Virus record (IMG/VR): IMGVR_UViG_3300050030_000093
DNA: 64,000 nt
Strand: one strand, 5' to 3'
Source: an uncultured virus (IMG/VR IMGVR_UViG_3300050030_000093)
Taxonomy: Duplodnaviria; Heunggongvirae; Uroviricota; Caudoviricetes
The notes below the pieces were generated by a model. It was not told the DNA's origin, ran no database searches, and saw only the letters and a list, made by a program, of their open reading frames with translations. Numbering within the stretch: position 1 is the first letter of the stretch; every line of letters starts with the position of its first letter. Position numbers and translations under genes: made by a program. This document shows, in pieces, positions 1 through 11,379 of the stretch.

Positions 1-696
1 GCAGAGAAAGTCGAATCCTTTTTATTTTCTGTAGAATTCAATTTTATAATTTTTTATAATTCGGACATTGCAGGGGTACATGTACGGGTACACTTCGTAC
101 AATACTTCATGGCTAATTGCGTACAATCCCTCATGGCTGTGCTTGTACAATCCCCAAGAAATTGTCCGTACAATCAAAGGGACGAGTCCCCGGAAGTTTT
201 CGGACATTTAAGGGGTACATGTACGGGTACAAACAGACCATACGTACAATGGACTAAGGACCATTTGTACAATGCCTGTGCAAGGACCAAGCGCAAGGAC
301 CATTTCCTGGCTGTCTATTTAGAATGATTCTAAGTTAGGAGTATAAGGCAAGGTCCGGTCTACCCGGTCCGTGCTTGCACTTACTGTCGTGGTTTGTTGT
401 CCGTCCTTCGGACATTGCCTGACAAATAGTTATACGTAAAGGACCAAGAAAAGGTTTCAAACAAACCCAGATATTTTTAATTATTTTTCTATGTCCCAAG
501 AAAGATTATTATTCTATGGCATTTGCCAATGGCTATGTTTCATGGCTTGTTATAAAAAAAAACCCAGGGAGTCACAACTTCCCTGGGCAATATAACCAAA
601 CACATACAGTCGGGGAACAAAGAATTGAGCGAATGCTCTGAAGTTTAGAATCCCCGAAGGAAAAATTATTATACTTTAGCTTTACTTATAGCTTTC

Positions 697-1803
697 TTAC
701 TTATTTTTGGTCGTTTTACTTAACTTTACTTTAGTCTCTTTAGTTAAAGGGTTTTTCATATCAAATTCAAATGCTGAGTACTTACGGTTAGTCATAGTGG
801 ACATTAGTTCAGCAGCTTCTTTGGGGTCCAGTGCTCTGAGCAGTGCTGTCATTACTGAGCACTTGGACATTAAGGTATGCACTTCATATCCACCAACACA
901 TACAAATCTCTTTTTAATATCTGACCAACAGAATCCTCCGGGATAATTATAGTGGTAGTTATTTGAAGTTGATATGAACATCTTCATAAATCTGTCGAGT
1001 ATTTCTTCACGGCTATAGAAGTCCCGGAAGTCCTTGGCAACTGAATTCAAGTTGGTAAGGTCCAAGCCATATACGAAGGGTATGAAGTACGTGAATGCTT
1101 CCCTGAGTCCCATATTCCAACAGGCAGTGTAGATTTTCTCTGCGAATTCCAATTGTTTATTGTCAATTGGTATTAGTGGTATTATTAGATAACCATATCC
1201 TTGTTTGTCCCTGTACAGACCATCGTAGTCTGCATCTTCATAGACTCTCTTCTTCAAAAAGACCGGATAATCGTCCTTGCACTTCCCGTATATTACCCAG
1301 AAAGGATTTGGACTGAAGGACTTGCAAAGTAACAAACCCCCTTGCAAATCATTCTTGGTTTGCTGGTCCTTGGGCAATTTCTTGGGTTCTGGGGGCACTA
1401 TATTCAATAATTGAATAATGTTTTTGTCTTCGGCTGTCGTCTCATATCTTTCTGGGAGTTCATCTGCACCCTTCAGATATTCAATGTCATCTTTATATTC
1501 CCGGATGAATTCCAGGTATTTCTGTGCCTCTTCAATGGATGTTCTACTGTAGGCAACGTCAAAGTCCAATAGACCTATAGTAGTATAGCTTTCGAACATA
1601 CTTTGGAGTTCTTCCATCGTAAGGTCTCTGTCCACGGGTTTAAGATGTCGTTGTGCAGCTTTGGGATTTTCGTTGATATCCTTCAGCCAATCTATATTAT
1701 GCTTCTCTACAGTGAAATCATTCTTGATACTCATTTCTTCGAGTATGGCATTGAGTTTATCTTCAGTGCCCGGTTTTGCTTTTATGTATACTATTTGTGA
1801 CAT
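697..1803 (-). CDS. hypothetical protein (368 aa)
   Basis: Long ORF preceded by ECF-type promoter at 1830-1858. Confidence 0.8.
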   Translation of the reverse strand: MSQIVYIKAKPGTEDKLNAILEEMSIKNDFTVEKHNIDWLKDINENPKAAQRHLKPVDRDLTMEELQSMFESYTTIGLLDFDVAYSRTSIEEAQKYLEFIREYKDDIEYLKGADELPERYETTAEDKNIIQLLNIVPPEPKKLPKDQQTKNDLQGGLLLCKSFSPNPFWVIYGKCKDDYPVFLKKRVYEDADYDGLYRDKQGYGYLIIPLIPIDNKQLEFAEKIYTACWNMGLREAFTYFIPFVYGLDLTNLNSVAKDFRDFYSREEILDRFMKMFISTSNNYHYNYPGGFCWSDIKKRFVCVGGYEVHTLMSKCSVMTALLRALDPKEAAELMSTMTNRKYSAFEFDMKNPLTKETKVKLSKTTKNK

Positions 1804-2073
1804 AGTTTTGTGTGTATTGATTATGGATGTTATACGACAGGGACCGTGCGAATGTTTCTATGGACCGCAGTTATTTTGTCGTGGTCCGTTTATTTAGAAT
1901 CAGTCTAACATACTGATATAAGGGTCGTTGGAGTCTACTTGGTCTCACCGCAGTGTTACAACTACCTTTCTTATATATAGTTATACGAAGACCAAGGTTA
2001 AAATGTTACAATAAAACAAGAAATAATTATAGGTTTATTTCTATTTTGCATTATTTTTACTGCAGAACAGAAA

Positions 2074-2265
2074 CAAAAAGAGAAACCCCCGGACTGCTGC
2101 TGACGAATCTGCTGCTTATGCCGGGGGTTTCCCCACTGAAGTAGACCTGCAAGAATGACAAGCAGTCGGTTAGTCTATCACCGCCCTCAGTGACCAGTAC
2201 CGCCAGACAGAAGGGGAGAGCAGAGATTCGGCATGGGTGCATACGTTCGCTCCTTGTCTCTTTTG
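2074..2265 (-). ncRNA. candidate structured ncRNA ending in a terminator-like hairpin
   Basis: GC-rich non-coding tract; GAAACCCCCGG/CCGGGGGTTTC stem followed by U-tract; nested CACTGA/TCAGTG and TAGAC/GTCTA pairs. Confidence 0.45.
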
Positions 2266-2336
2266 AAACTCACGGTTTGAATTCTGCTACGTGGCGACTC
2301 GTCTTGCAAGTCCCAACTTAACGGTTGGATTTTTCG

Positions 2337-2488
2337 TGGTGCATAAGGGAATCGAACCCCTGTAAGGTCAACAAACTACTAAGAGAATTCAAATTGCCGA
2401 AGCGGTTAGACTTCAATTAGCAGTCCTGATAGAATCTCCGAAGAGATATAATCGTCTGACTGCATTTCCAGCATATGCGTACTACACC
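2337..2488 (-). ncRNA. tRNA-like RNA with ~85-nt insertion replacing the anticodon loop
   Basis: GGTGTA/TGCACC-A acceptor, GCAT/ATGC D-stem, GTCAG/TTGAC stem, AGGGG-TTCGATT-CCCTT T-arm. Confidence 0.6.
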
Positions 2489-2567
2489 GTTGTTAAAGAA
2501 CTCTTTGTTGTTGTACAATCTGTTGTTCTGTTCGTACAATTGTTATACGTGGTAAAGATAATAAATG

Positions 2568-2966
2568 TTACAACAAAACCAATGTTTTTTCAATTAATTT
2601 TGTTTTTCTTTTACGATTTGTTTTTGGCTTATAAATGAATTTACTATCCTTATAGTTATTATCATCATTATTCAATATAAAGCCATGTTTAAGATAGAAC
2701 TCGTACAATCGTTTTAACTCTGAGCCATAAATGTTTGTAGCGTACAATCTGATTTCTAATTGTTCTTTATCTGCCAGGTTTATTATATCGGACAATACTG
2801 TTGAACCCCATCCAAGGCATTGTTGTTGTTTTTTGATTTTAATTAGGTCCAAGTATATGAATGGCTGTTCTTCATCTGTATTATAAGTAAGTTTCAGACT
2901 CTGGAGTACATTCTTATATTTGATTTTAAGATTTCCAGTGAATTGTTTCAGTATTAGCTTGTCCAT
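2568..2966 (-). CDS. GNAT-family acetyltransferase-like protein
   Basis: QQxxGWGS acetyl-CoA motif and LYEFYLKHGF C-terminal motif. Confidence 0.6.
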   Translation of the reverse strand: MDKLILKQFTGNLKIKYKNVLQSLKLTYNTDEEQPFIYLDLIKIKKQQQCLGWGSTVLSDIINLADKEQLEIRLYATNIYGSELKRLYEFYLKHGFILNNDDNNYKDSKFIYKPKTNRKRKTKLIEKTLVLL

Positions 2967-3054
2967 AAAAAATCCCTCTCACATAAATACTTATGGAGAA
3001 GGATTAGTTGAAACAAGGGTTTGTTTCCCGGCTATTGCTTGTTAGGCAATTTCT

Positions 3055-3933
3055 TTATTTCCTTGGGTCGCCTTTGAACATCTTTGTTGCTTCTTCAACA
3101 TCGCCTGTCCAGATAGTTAGTAGTTGCCATTCATTGAATAAGTTCTTTCCCGGAAGGTCAGCAAGCATTTCTCTTGCCTGTGTTAAGTTGTAAAGGCAGA
3201 AGCTGGCTTGCATTAAAGGATGTATGTCGCCTTTCTCATCATTGCTGACAACCTGAAAGCCTTCAACCCGGTATTTCTTGCTTTTAAAGATTGCTTCATA
3301 GGCGGGGTGAAAATCCTGACAATCATTGCACCAAACATCACTAACAATTTTACCTTTTTCATTTTCATGCGTGAATGTTCTGTTCATATCCAGATTATCT
3401 GAGTTACAACCAGCACAAAGCATCTTTGTAATTGTTTTGTCGCCTATTTTCAGTGTAGTACCTTTGTTGTCTTTGATGCCTGTAGCAATTTCAATTTCTT
3501 CGTCTTCGCTGAAAACCAGGTCTTCTGCAAGTTCGAAGTCATCAACTGCTGAATCCTGAAGACTGTCAATAAGGTTCAGTATTCCTTCGAGACCTTCTTT
3601 TTCTCTGGGGTTGATTTCATCCTTATTGATGACTGTCAATAGGATTGCTTTTTGCTGTTGCAAGAGTTTCCAGTCAACATTTTTCATGAATTCTGGGAGT
3701 TCTTCTTTAACAATTGCATTTTCGATTGTTTCAATCATTTTAGCAACTGTCATATATTCAAGTGGTTGCCATACTGTTACAAAGTCAGCGGCTTGGCTGT
3801 CATCATTGCCTTTCTCTGATTCTTCACAGAGTCTCTTATAGGCATCATAGTAATCACCATCTTCCTGTTCGGAGAGGAAATTACCTGCTGCAACATTAAT
3901 TGCTTTACGATTTGATTCTTTAAATTTTCCCAT
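3055..3933 (-). CDS. hypothetical protein with CxxC..CxxC zinc ribbon
   Basis: 292-aa ORF behind ECF-type promoter. Confidence 0.75.
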   Translation of the reverse strand: MGKFKESNRKAINVAAGNFLSEQEDGDYYDAYKRLCEESEKGNDDSQAADFVTVWQPLEYMTVAKMIETIENAIVKEELPEFMKNVDWKLLQQQKAILLTVINKDEINPREKEGLEGILNLIDSLQDSAVDDFELAEDLVFSEDEEIEIATGIKDNKGTTLKIGDKTITKMLCAGCNSDNLDMNRTFTHENEKGKIVSDVWCNDCQDFHPAYEAIFKSKKYRVEGFQVVSNDEKGDIHPLMQASFCLYNLTQAREMLADLPGKNLFNEWQLLTIWTGDVEEATKMFKGDPRK

Positions 3934-4001
3934 TTTAGTGTGTGTATTGGTTTCAAATGATTATACGTACATTGGTAAGAAATGTTTCAATTTTTAAGTA
4001 G

Positions 4002-4592
4002 TTATTTTTTATATTCCCATTTATAACCACCATGTGTGCTCCTGTTACCTAAACAACAACTTGAAATATGTTTATAGTTAATTCCGGTTATTTTTTGTGC
4101 TTCACGAGCATTAGTAAATTCATTTATTTTATTCCATGCTTTATCATATTGAATAACTGGTTTACTTCTTGGATTATCGGCACCAAATTTACCGGTCCAG
4201 GGTGATTGTCTTAAGCCAGTATCAACTGCATGTTTATTGTTCTCACTATAAGTTGCCCATTCTAAATTAGAAATTTCAATATTTGTTTTAACACCATCTT
4301 TGTGATTAACAGTTGGTTTATTTTCAGGATTAGGTATAAATGCTTCTGCAATTAATCTATGAACAGTAACAGTTTCTTTTATTTTATTGACCTGAAAATC
4401 AGTGGTATAATAACCATTATTTATGTGCGTTTTTAGTTTCTTAGATTTTTTAAAACTTCTTTTTATTATTATTGTACCTGACTTTGTTTTATATTCATAC
4501 TCAACTACTCTTTCAAGTGATAGTACATTGCCTAAGTTAGATATTTCGTAATAACTTTCATGGTTTAAAACCGGTTTCCAAATTTCATTCAT
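4002..4592 (-). CDS. NUMOD4-HNH homing endonuclease with C-terminal NUMOD1 domain
   Basis: EIWKPV..YEISNLG; VHRLIAEAF..VNHKDGVKTN..NLEW; F.NAREA..I..CC. Confidence 0.9.
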   Translation of the reverse strand: MNEIWKPVLNHESYYEISNLGNVLSLERVVEYEYKTKSGTIIIKRSFKKSKKLKTHINNGYYTTDFQVNKIKETVTVHRLIAEAFIPNPENKPTVNHKDGVKTNIEISNLEWATYSENNKHAVDTGLRQSPWTGKFGADNPRSKPVIQYDKAWNKINEFTNAREAQKITGINYKHISSCCLGNRSTHGGYKWEYKK

Positions 4593-4670
4593 ATTAATTT
4601 TTACTATAAATACAGGTAATTTATTAAAACGGTTTGGCTTATATCTCCAAACCGTTTTAATCTTGTTTAG

Positions 4671-5507
4671 TTAAACTGCCATTGCCAATTCATTGATTTC
4701 CTTTTGTACATTACTACAACGAATATCATTTGGTTGAACTACGAAACAACTTGCAAGTATTTTCTTTTCGTTTGCCCTATTTGCAATACGTTTCCATTTC
4801 AGACCTACAATGATACCTTTTGCATCGTCAATTCTAAAATCTGTTAAATCCCCGTTAATTACCTGATACCCAAGAAATTGAGCAGGTAATTCACTTTCTT
4901 TTCGTACATTGAAAACTGTTGCAATGTTGAAACCCATTGAAAGTAACTCTTTACATAACATAGTATTTCTGCCTGTGTAAGAATAGGTTAAGTGATAGTT
5001 CAAAGGCTTGTTAGCGAATTTTGAAGCATTTTTGGTATAGTCATAAAACAGTATATCAGGAAATATTTGAAATATGTTTTTTCCATTTACAAATACTGCA
5101 GACCAATTGATATCTGATGTAGCATTCAAACGAACCGAAAAGAAATAATTGTCTCTTTTAGCTTTTGCCTGTGCCTGTAAAATTTCAGCTATAAGCCAAG
5201 CCATAAAAAATGCAGTTTCTTCAAAAAAGAGTTTTGTTTTCTTAATACGGCAATCATGAATTTTAGTAATACCGGAAAATTCCTCAATTCCTGCACGTCC
5301 CGAAGTATTGAGACAACCTAAACGGCATTCAGGTGTTGAGTGTGAGCAAACGTTAAAGCCACTTAATTTGGCAGGTGCTAAATACATGCCATATGTATAC
5401 TGATGACTGTATTGTTTACTGTGGCTGATTTTTGCACTTGTGGCAATACCACCCAAATAGGATAACCCTGTTTGTTTTCGTGCCTCTGCAATAGTTGTAA
5501 ATTTCAT
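4671..5507 (-). CDS. Gp88-like Cys-cluster phage protein
   Basis: LAPA..NVC......C...CL..SGR, VRLNATSDI, FYDYTK, YHLTYS, GD..D.R..D..G.IVGL motifs recalled for this family. Confidence 0.65.
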   Translation of the reverse strand: MKFTTIAEARKQTGLSYLGGIATSAKISHSKQYSHQYTYGMYLAPAKLSGFNVCSHSTPECRLGCLNTSGRAGIEEFSGITKIHDCRIKKTKLFFEETAFFMAWLIAEILQAQAKAKRDNYFFSVRLNATSDINWSAVFVNGKNIFQIFPDILFYDYTKNASKFANKPLNYHLTYSYTGRNTMLCKELLSMGFNIATVFNVRKESELPAQFLGYQVINGDLTDFRIDDAKGIIVGLKWKRIANRANEKKILASCFVVQPNDIRCSNVQKEINELAMAV

Positions 5508-5571
5508 GTCTGTGTGTTTTGGTTACAATTGTTATACGTAAAAATTAATTGAATGTTACAGTGATTTCATG

Positions 5572-8500
5572 TTATTTTCCTTCATACCAAATATTATCTT
5601 TTATTATTTTCTTCTTACATTTTAAGCAGGTTACATCTGATATATTTTTTGTGCTATATCCATAATGCTTAGTTAAACATACTGGTTCTCCAGCATCTTC
5701 ATGTGAAAAATGTTTGACAATATCTTTTGGCTTTCCTTTAATATTTCTGTCACCTGCTCCCATAGTTTATTATACGTATAGAGTTTAAAAATGTTTCAAA
5801 ATTAGTACTATGAGTACCATATTTAGACTGATTCTAAACTCAGACTATAAGGCAGGATTGGATTACTTCACCCCAGTTGTACCCAGACATATGTTATACG
5901 TAAAAACAAAGGAAAATGTTACAACTTCCTTGGATTATTTTTATTTATTTTATTCCTGTATTAATGTGCTTTAAATATAAATTCCTTTGGGAATTTCTTA
6001 GCGCATTCCGGTCCTATTGGAAATGCACCTTGTGAATTACTGACCTTATCCTGGTCAGGTTCATCTACTGCCACCCAATCAGTCGTAGCGTGAATATAGA
6101 GTTTCTCTGCTGTCGGTCTGCCACAACATACGCAACTATTGCTGAACAACCCGAATTTTTCTTCGTTGCGTTCCTTCATTGGTGATTCGTATATTGGAAA
6201 GGTCTTCATACTATGTTATACGTAAAAACCCCGAAATGGTTACACTTCGGGGCAAGTATTTAAGCAAGGCATCAATTAGTCTTGTGGTAAATCAACATCA
6301 TTTATGTAATTTGTAAGTGAATTTTCTTCCATTAACATAAGATTACCTTCACTTTCAAATGGGTCACGAATGATTGAATAAATTTCATCCTGATAGCACT
6401 GGTCAAGGAAACTACTGTCCATTGCAAACATACCACCGTTTTCTGATTTATAAACAGTCAGTTTAACTTTACCCTTTGTATCAGGGTCAATGACTGTAAT
6501 TTCCTTTACGAGTTTTGCTTTACGTATTTTCGGCTCATCAACTTCGGTATCGAGCAATACTTCATACTCTTCATTTTCGGGTACAGGTTCATTGGTTACA
6601 AGGTAGCCAAAGCGATTAACAAAGTGGTAGCCACTGACAAAATAAAACCGTCCTTCAACTTCTTCGATGGTCCAGACACTTGCTTTTCCACCGTCATTAA
6701 TAAGTTCTGTAATGTAGTCAAGTTCCTGTCCGTAGGTTTCAAACATACAACCATCATAGCTGCAGTCTTCGGGATTCTTGTAAAAATGATTCTTGATAGG
6801 ATTAAACCTTTCATAGAACTCATCTTCTGTGAGTTTAATAAATTTCTTTTCCATTGCTTTTTAATATTGGTTACAGTTGTTATACGAAAAAACCCCTGTA
6901 ATGTTACAGGGATTTCAGTATTTTATAAATGGGTTTGATAGCCACAATTCAGACATTCTATGTATGCCTTACCTCCTTCACGGACTGCAGCTCCTTCTTT
7001 GGGAAGCAACCACCAGGAATTCTCTCCGCATTCCGGACATTTAGCTTCTTCTGAACCCATACGTTCAGTCATAGTCACCATAGGATTTCCGTATTTCTTG
7101 ACGTTTTCCGGAAAGGCTTTTGCAAGTACGTCACCTTCGACTTCCTGCAATACTGCTTGGTAAAATTTTGGCTTACTCATTATACTTTCTGTATTAGTGG
7201 TTCAACTTTTCTCATTGTGTTCAGTCCCGAAGATTGCAAAGGTACTTTGAATCTCTGTTTGTCAATCATTGCCATAATCAATTGTACATACCAAGGGACA
7301 TCTTCAATTTTTTGCTCAATGAAGTCCTGTAACATTTTCAGTAGTTCATCTGTCTTAGCATTGCAATTGCGTGCGAATACGCAATACTTAAAGCCATTAC
7401 CTTCATCATTGGTCTTCCAATCGAAGAAGATTGCTGTAATACCATTAGGATTGCGTTTACTTCCGTATTTGTGAACGCTTACCAATTCTTTAAATTCTTT
7501 TCTTGTCATTTCTCTATGTGTTTTGGTTACAGTAGTTATACGAAAAATCCTTGTAAATGTTACAAATTATTTTGAAAACAATTTAGGATAATAGTTCTCA
7601 GGAATATCATTTGTTGTCAAGAATTCCGGGCAATCTTCTCTAATTTTTTTCATTGTTGCTTCTCTGTCCATGCCTTGTAAAATTCTTATTGAATAGCCGT
7701 TTTGTCCAACGTATGCTTTTGCAATTACTATTCTTCCTGCAAGTACTTCACAATGACCTGTCGGGTCTGTATGATATTTAATTTCTTTTTTCATGATTAT
7801 ACTTTTTTTTGTGCTTCAATTACCTGTGCATCACTTACGGGTTTCCAGTTGAGAATCTGTCCGGTTTTCATGTCAATATCAATATCAATATAGTCACCAC
7901 CACCGTCACCGATACCAATTCCTTCAGGTACATAGCCATTGGTTTCAGTTTCCTTACCATTTTTATCGGTATATTTAGTCCAACAGAGGTCCGAACATTT
8001 TGCTGAAATTTTAAGTATTCCCATGATTTCTTTTTATTAATTGGTTACAATTGTTATACGAAAAAACCCCGGAAATTGTTACACTTCACGGGGTCTTTTT
8101 TTGCATTTGTAACCAAACAAAAGCATAGATTATATTTTTATTTTGTCATCCTGCCTGTATATTCGTTCCAGGATTTTTTATTGTCTTTATCGTGTCTTCA
8201 TCGATAGTATATTTTAGTTTCGAATGTTATACGTACATTGCCGGGTGAAGGTTACACGTACATTCCAGTTTCTTCAAGAAATTGCTGTTGTTCAAGTGTT
8301 AATTCACCTAAGAATACTGTTTCAGTTTCTTCATTTTCAAATGTTTTGTCGTTGACAATGAATGAAGTAACAGTGGTTATCTCAAGTAATGCTCCAATTA
8401 AAGATTCAAAACCCATACCACCATCAAGACTACCATCGGATAACATATCCGTTGCTTTAATAAGTAGTTCTTCACGGGTATCTGCTTTGAGATTCTTTGC

Positions 8501-10437
8501 TTTATATGCACCTTCGCCACCCATATAAAGATTGCCAAGAACAAGTCCTATTGATTTGAATTTTTTTGTTTGCTCGAATTCTGTTTTAGCACCCCGGAGT
8601 TTAACAACAAGCTGTTCGATAGTACCATGAAAAATAGGTGTGTTTTCGAAGTCGATGTTTATAAGGGTTTTTTCCCTTCTCTGATATGATGCACCTGAAC
8701 CACTGAAACTGTCTGCATCAATTACCAGGTCAGACATTTTCTGTCCTCTGTCGGTGATACAAAGAGTTACACAACCTTTATTTTCAAATCTGGCTTTGCC
8801 ACCTTTGATACCTTGTGTTCTTACTGTGATTTCTGATTTATTTTTTAACATTGCTTTTGAGTTTTGGTTACAATTGTTATACGTACATTCAGTTATAAAT
8901 GTTTCAATAATTATTTCTTTTTATTGTGTTTACGCTGTTTTGCTCTTCTGTCTCTTCTTTTCTCTTTGCCGTCTTTTATGGGCAATAGTTCATAATACCT
9001 TGGCTCAAATGTAATTCTCATGGGTTCTGTGGTTTGCATAGCTTTATTGTGTTTTGGTTACAATTGTTATACGTACAATAGACTATGAATGTTTCAGTAT
9101 TTCCAGGATTTATTGCAATAAAAAACCCCGAAGATATATGAATATTTCGGGGTTTCGATAGCAACAAATGAATTATAAAAAAAAGAATTATGAAAAACAA
9201 TTATAAGTTTATGCCAAGTGCTTGTAAGTTCGTGTTCAATATTGTTTCACCTTTGCCAAGTCCTGCTTTTGTCTTGTCGTAGGTACGTTGCAGATTTATT
9301 TTGTCAATCTGTGCAAGTGTCTTGCCTGTCCAATAAACCGACCTGTATTGCTTGCCATTAGGTACACCAAAACATATTGCTTTTTCAAAGTGTTTCAGTA
9401 ATTTCTTCTGAAACTTCTCGGTTGACATTTTGTCAAGCAAGTTATTGATGTACAGGTCCATATCTATTGTGAACATTACAAGTTTTCCACCTTCATGTAT
9501 GCCACCAAGAGACTGTTTTGGCATGGTTTTAATGTAGGCTTCAAGCAATTTGATGTTTGCTTTGACTTGTTTTGCCTGTGGGTTTTTGTATATGAAATGT
9601 TCATAGTCTATTTCACCGCCATTGCCTTCATCTATGGCTTTCATGCACTTCACGCCATTAATCCATACATCTGCATCAAACCTGCCATTAGGACCCCATT
9701 CACGGCTATATCCGAAGTGTACTGATTTCAATTCAACATGTGGTTCTGTCATTTCTTTATCTGTATTGGTTACAATTGTTATACGTACATTCACCTATAA
9801 ATGTTACAATATTTGTCTGTATATTATTTCTCGAAAACATCTGCTTTGTCAATACCCGTTGTAAATATCTGCGGGTTTGCATCCGGAAGTTGCTGTAACA
9901 ATATCTCATTGATACTGTCAATTATTTCCTGTGTTGTTTCAAGATTGTCTTCATGTTTGAAACAATCAAACTGAATGACTAAATTATGTGCTGTAAGTGT
10001 TTTAGTTATTGACATTGCTTTATATGTATATTAGTTACAGTTGTTATACGTACATTCCCTGGAAAATGTTACACATCGAGTACTTCAAATTCGAATTTCT
10101 CAACAAATTTTATTGTTACCCAAACATCGAACAATGCCGTTACAGGTTTAGTCATATTCCTGTCAAATATTTCAATTTTGCCTCTGTACATGTAACCAAC
10201 AATTTTCGTGTCTGTTACCTTACCATTAGCATCTTTTACGTCACGATAAACATTGCCCTGTGGTTTGCCCTTATATGACAATTTCATTCCGTCCCGTTCA
10301 TCACAAACTTCCTTAATAAGTTCATGTATGGTTTGTTTATCGGGGTCAAATTCGACTGTCATATTCTTTATTGAAGAGTCACACCAGAATTTTCTTGTGC
10401 TGTCTGTATAGTCAACTTTTAATAATAATTCTTTCAT
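5572..10437 (-). other. Run of small hypothetical CDS: 5572-5763, 5961-6209, 6276-6854, 6923-7180, 7180-7509, 7567-7794, 7797-8024, 8252-8851, 9201-9755, 9824-10015, 10069-10437
   Basis: Tightly packed minus-strand ORFs, most directly behind an ECF-type promoter. Confidence 0.75.
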
Positions 10438-10509
10438 TTGTCTTTGTGTTTTGGTTACAGTAGTTATACGTAAAAAACCCTGTAATGTTACAGGGTTTTC
10501 GAGTTATTT

Positions 10510-10845
10510 TTAGACGTGCTGTCCTGCTTTGACTTTGTTCATTACTTCCTCAAGTGACATGCTCAGAGGCTCAAAAAATTTGTCTCTTTCAATATGCAAT
10601 CCAAGCGGTAAACGCAAAGTCATCAATTCATTCATTGATACTGTGCCACATTCTGCACAATCTATGTCACCAAGGTTGACAAATGCCCAATAAATATCTT
10701 CATCTTCCTTCTCATATATGTACCATGTTCCTGCACCAATAGGGTTGAAGAGTTTCAGTACAATACGAATATCCTTTGCAGACTTTCTGCCTGTCTTGCC
10801 TTGCTTCTTAAAAGCTGCGAGAATTTCCTGTGTTAAGATTTTCAT
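10510..10845 (-). CDS. DUF2958-like protein
   Basis: KLFNPIGAGTWYIYE..E.G.VS..EL..L.L..GL.IERD pattern. Confidence 0.7.
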   Translation of the reverse strand: MKILTQEILAAFKKQGKTGRKSAKDIRIVLKLFNPIGAGTWYIYEKEDEDIYWAFVNLGDIDCAECGTVSMNELMTLRLPLGLHIERDKFFEPLSMSLEEVMNKVKAGQHV

Positions 10846-10896
10846 TTGTCTCTATGTTTTGGTTACAGTTGTTATACGTACAATAGACTATAAATG

Positions 10897-11313
10897 TTAC
10901 AAAAATTCTTCTTTATTTTCACGTATTCTATGACAATTAGCACAAAGCAAAACACATTTATCTAATTCATGTACAATGCCTTCCCATTTTCTGCCCATAA
11001 GTCTTGCAATATTATTATCTTTTATATTTGGGTCTAAATGATGAAAGTCATATACATAAGGTGGAAATTCATTCTTACAGTCTGTACAATGACCACCAAG
11101 ATATTCAATTGCCCGAAGTTTATTTTTTCGACCTTTGCTTTTTTGCCAAGTACTTTTAATAATTTTTAGTCGTTCCCTATGTTTAATTCTATAACGTTTA
11201 TCGCTTTCTTTTACTCGTTCAGGATGTTTTTGTTCATACTTTTTTCTATATCCTATTCTTTTTAGCTTCCTTTCTTCATCAGATAGTTTAAGCCATTGTT
11301 TACTATATGCCAT
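10897..11313 (-). CDS. HNH endonuclease
   Basis: YLGGHCTDC..DFHHLDP..ELDKCVLLCANCHR; likely start MAYSKQ at 11313. Confidence 0.85.
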   Translation of the reverse strand: MAYSKQWLKLSDEERKLKRIGYRKKYEQKHPERVKESDKRYRIKHRERLKIIKSTWQKSKGRKNKLRAIEYLGGHCTDCKNEFPPYVYDFHHLDPNIKDNNIARLMGRKWEGIVHELDKCVLLCANCHRIRENKEEFL

Positions 11314-11379
11314 ATTAAATAAAATTTCCTCGTCTATAAATACTATTGACGAGGAAATAATCTGTACATTTAGCAAACT

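Larger units (their letters stand above)
430..10901 (-). promoter_or_regulatory. Repeated ECF-sigma-type promoter, sense consensus TG(A/T)AAC-N~16-CGTATAA, ~19 copies here (plus-strand ttatacg starts near 430, 1830, 1981, 2543, 3961, 5533, 5771, 5894, 6216, 6880, 7536, 8055, 8227, 8877, 9067, 9779, 10043, 10465, 10872); further copies near 39036, 42604, 50469, 52745 (-) and 12512, 31374 (+)
   Basis: Motif visible repeatedly just upstream of start codons. It matches the -35 AAC / -10 CGT pattern of ECF promoters (SigW-like TGAAAC-N16-CGTA). Often followed by the leader TAACCAAAACACA. Confidence 0.8.

Noticed and set aside
2337..2488. tmRNA identity for either tRNA-like RNA (also 31529-31708)
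   Set aside because: Both are too short, lack the G3:U70 alanine acceptor and a tag ORF, and retain D-stems.
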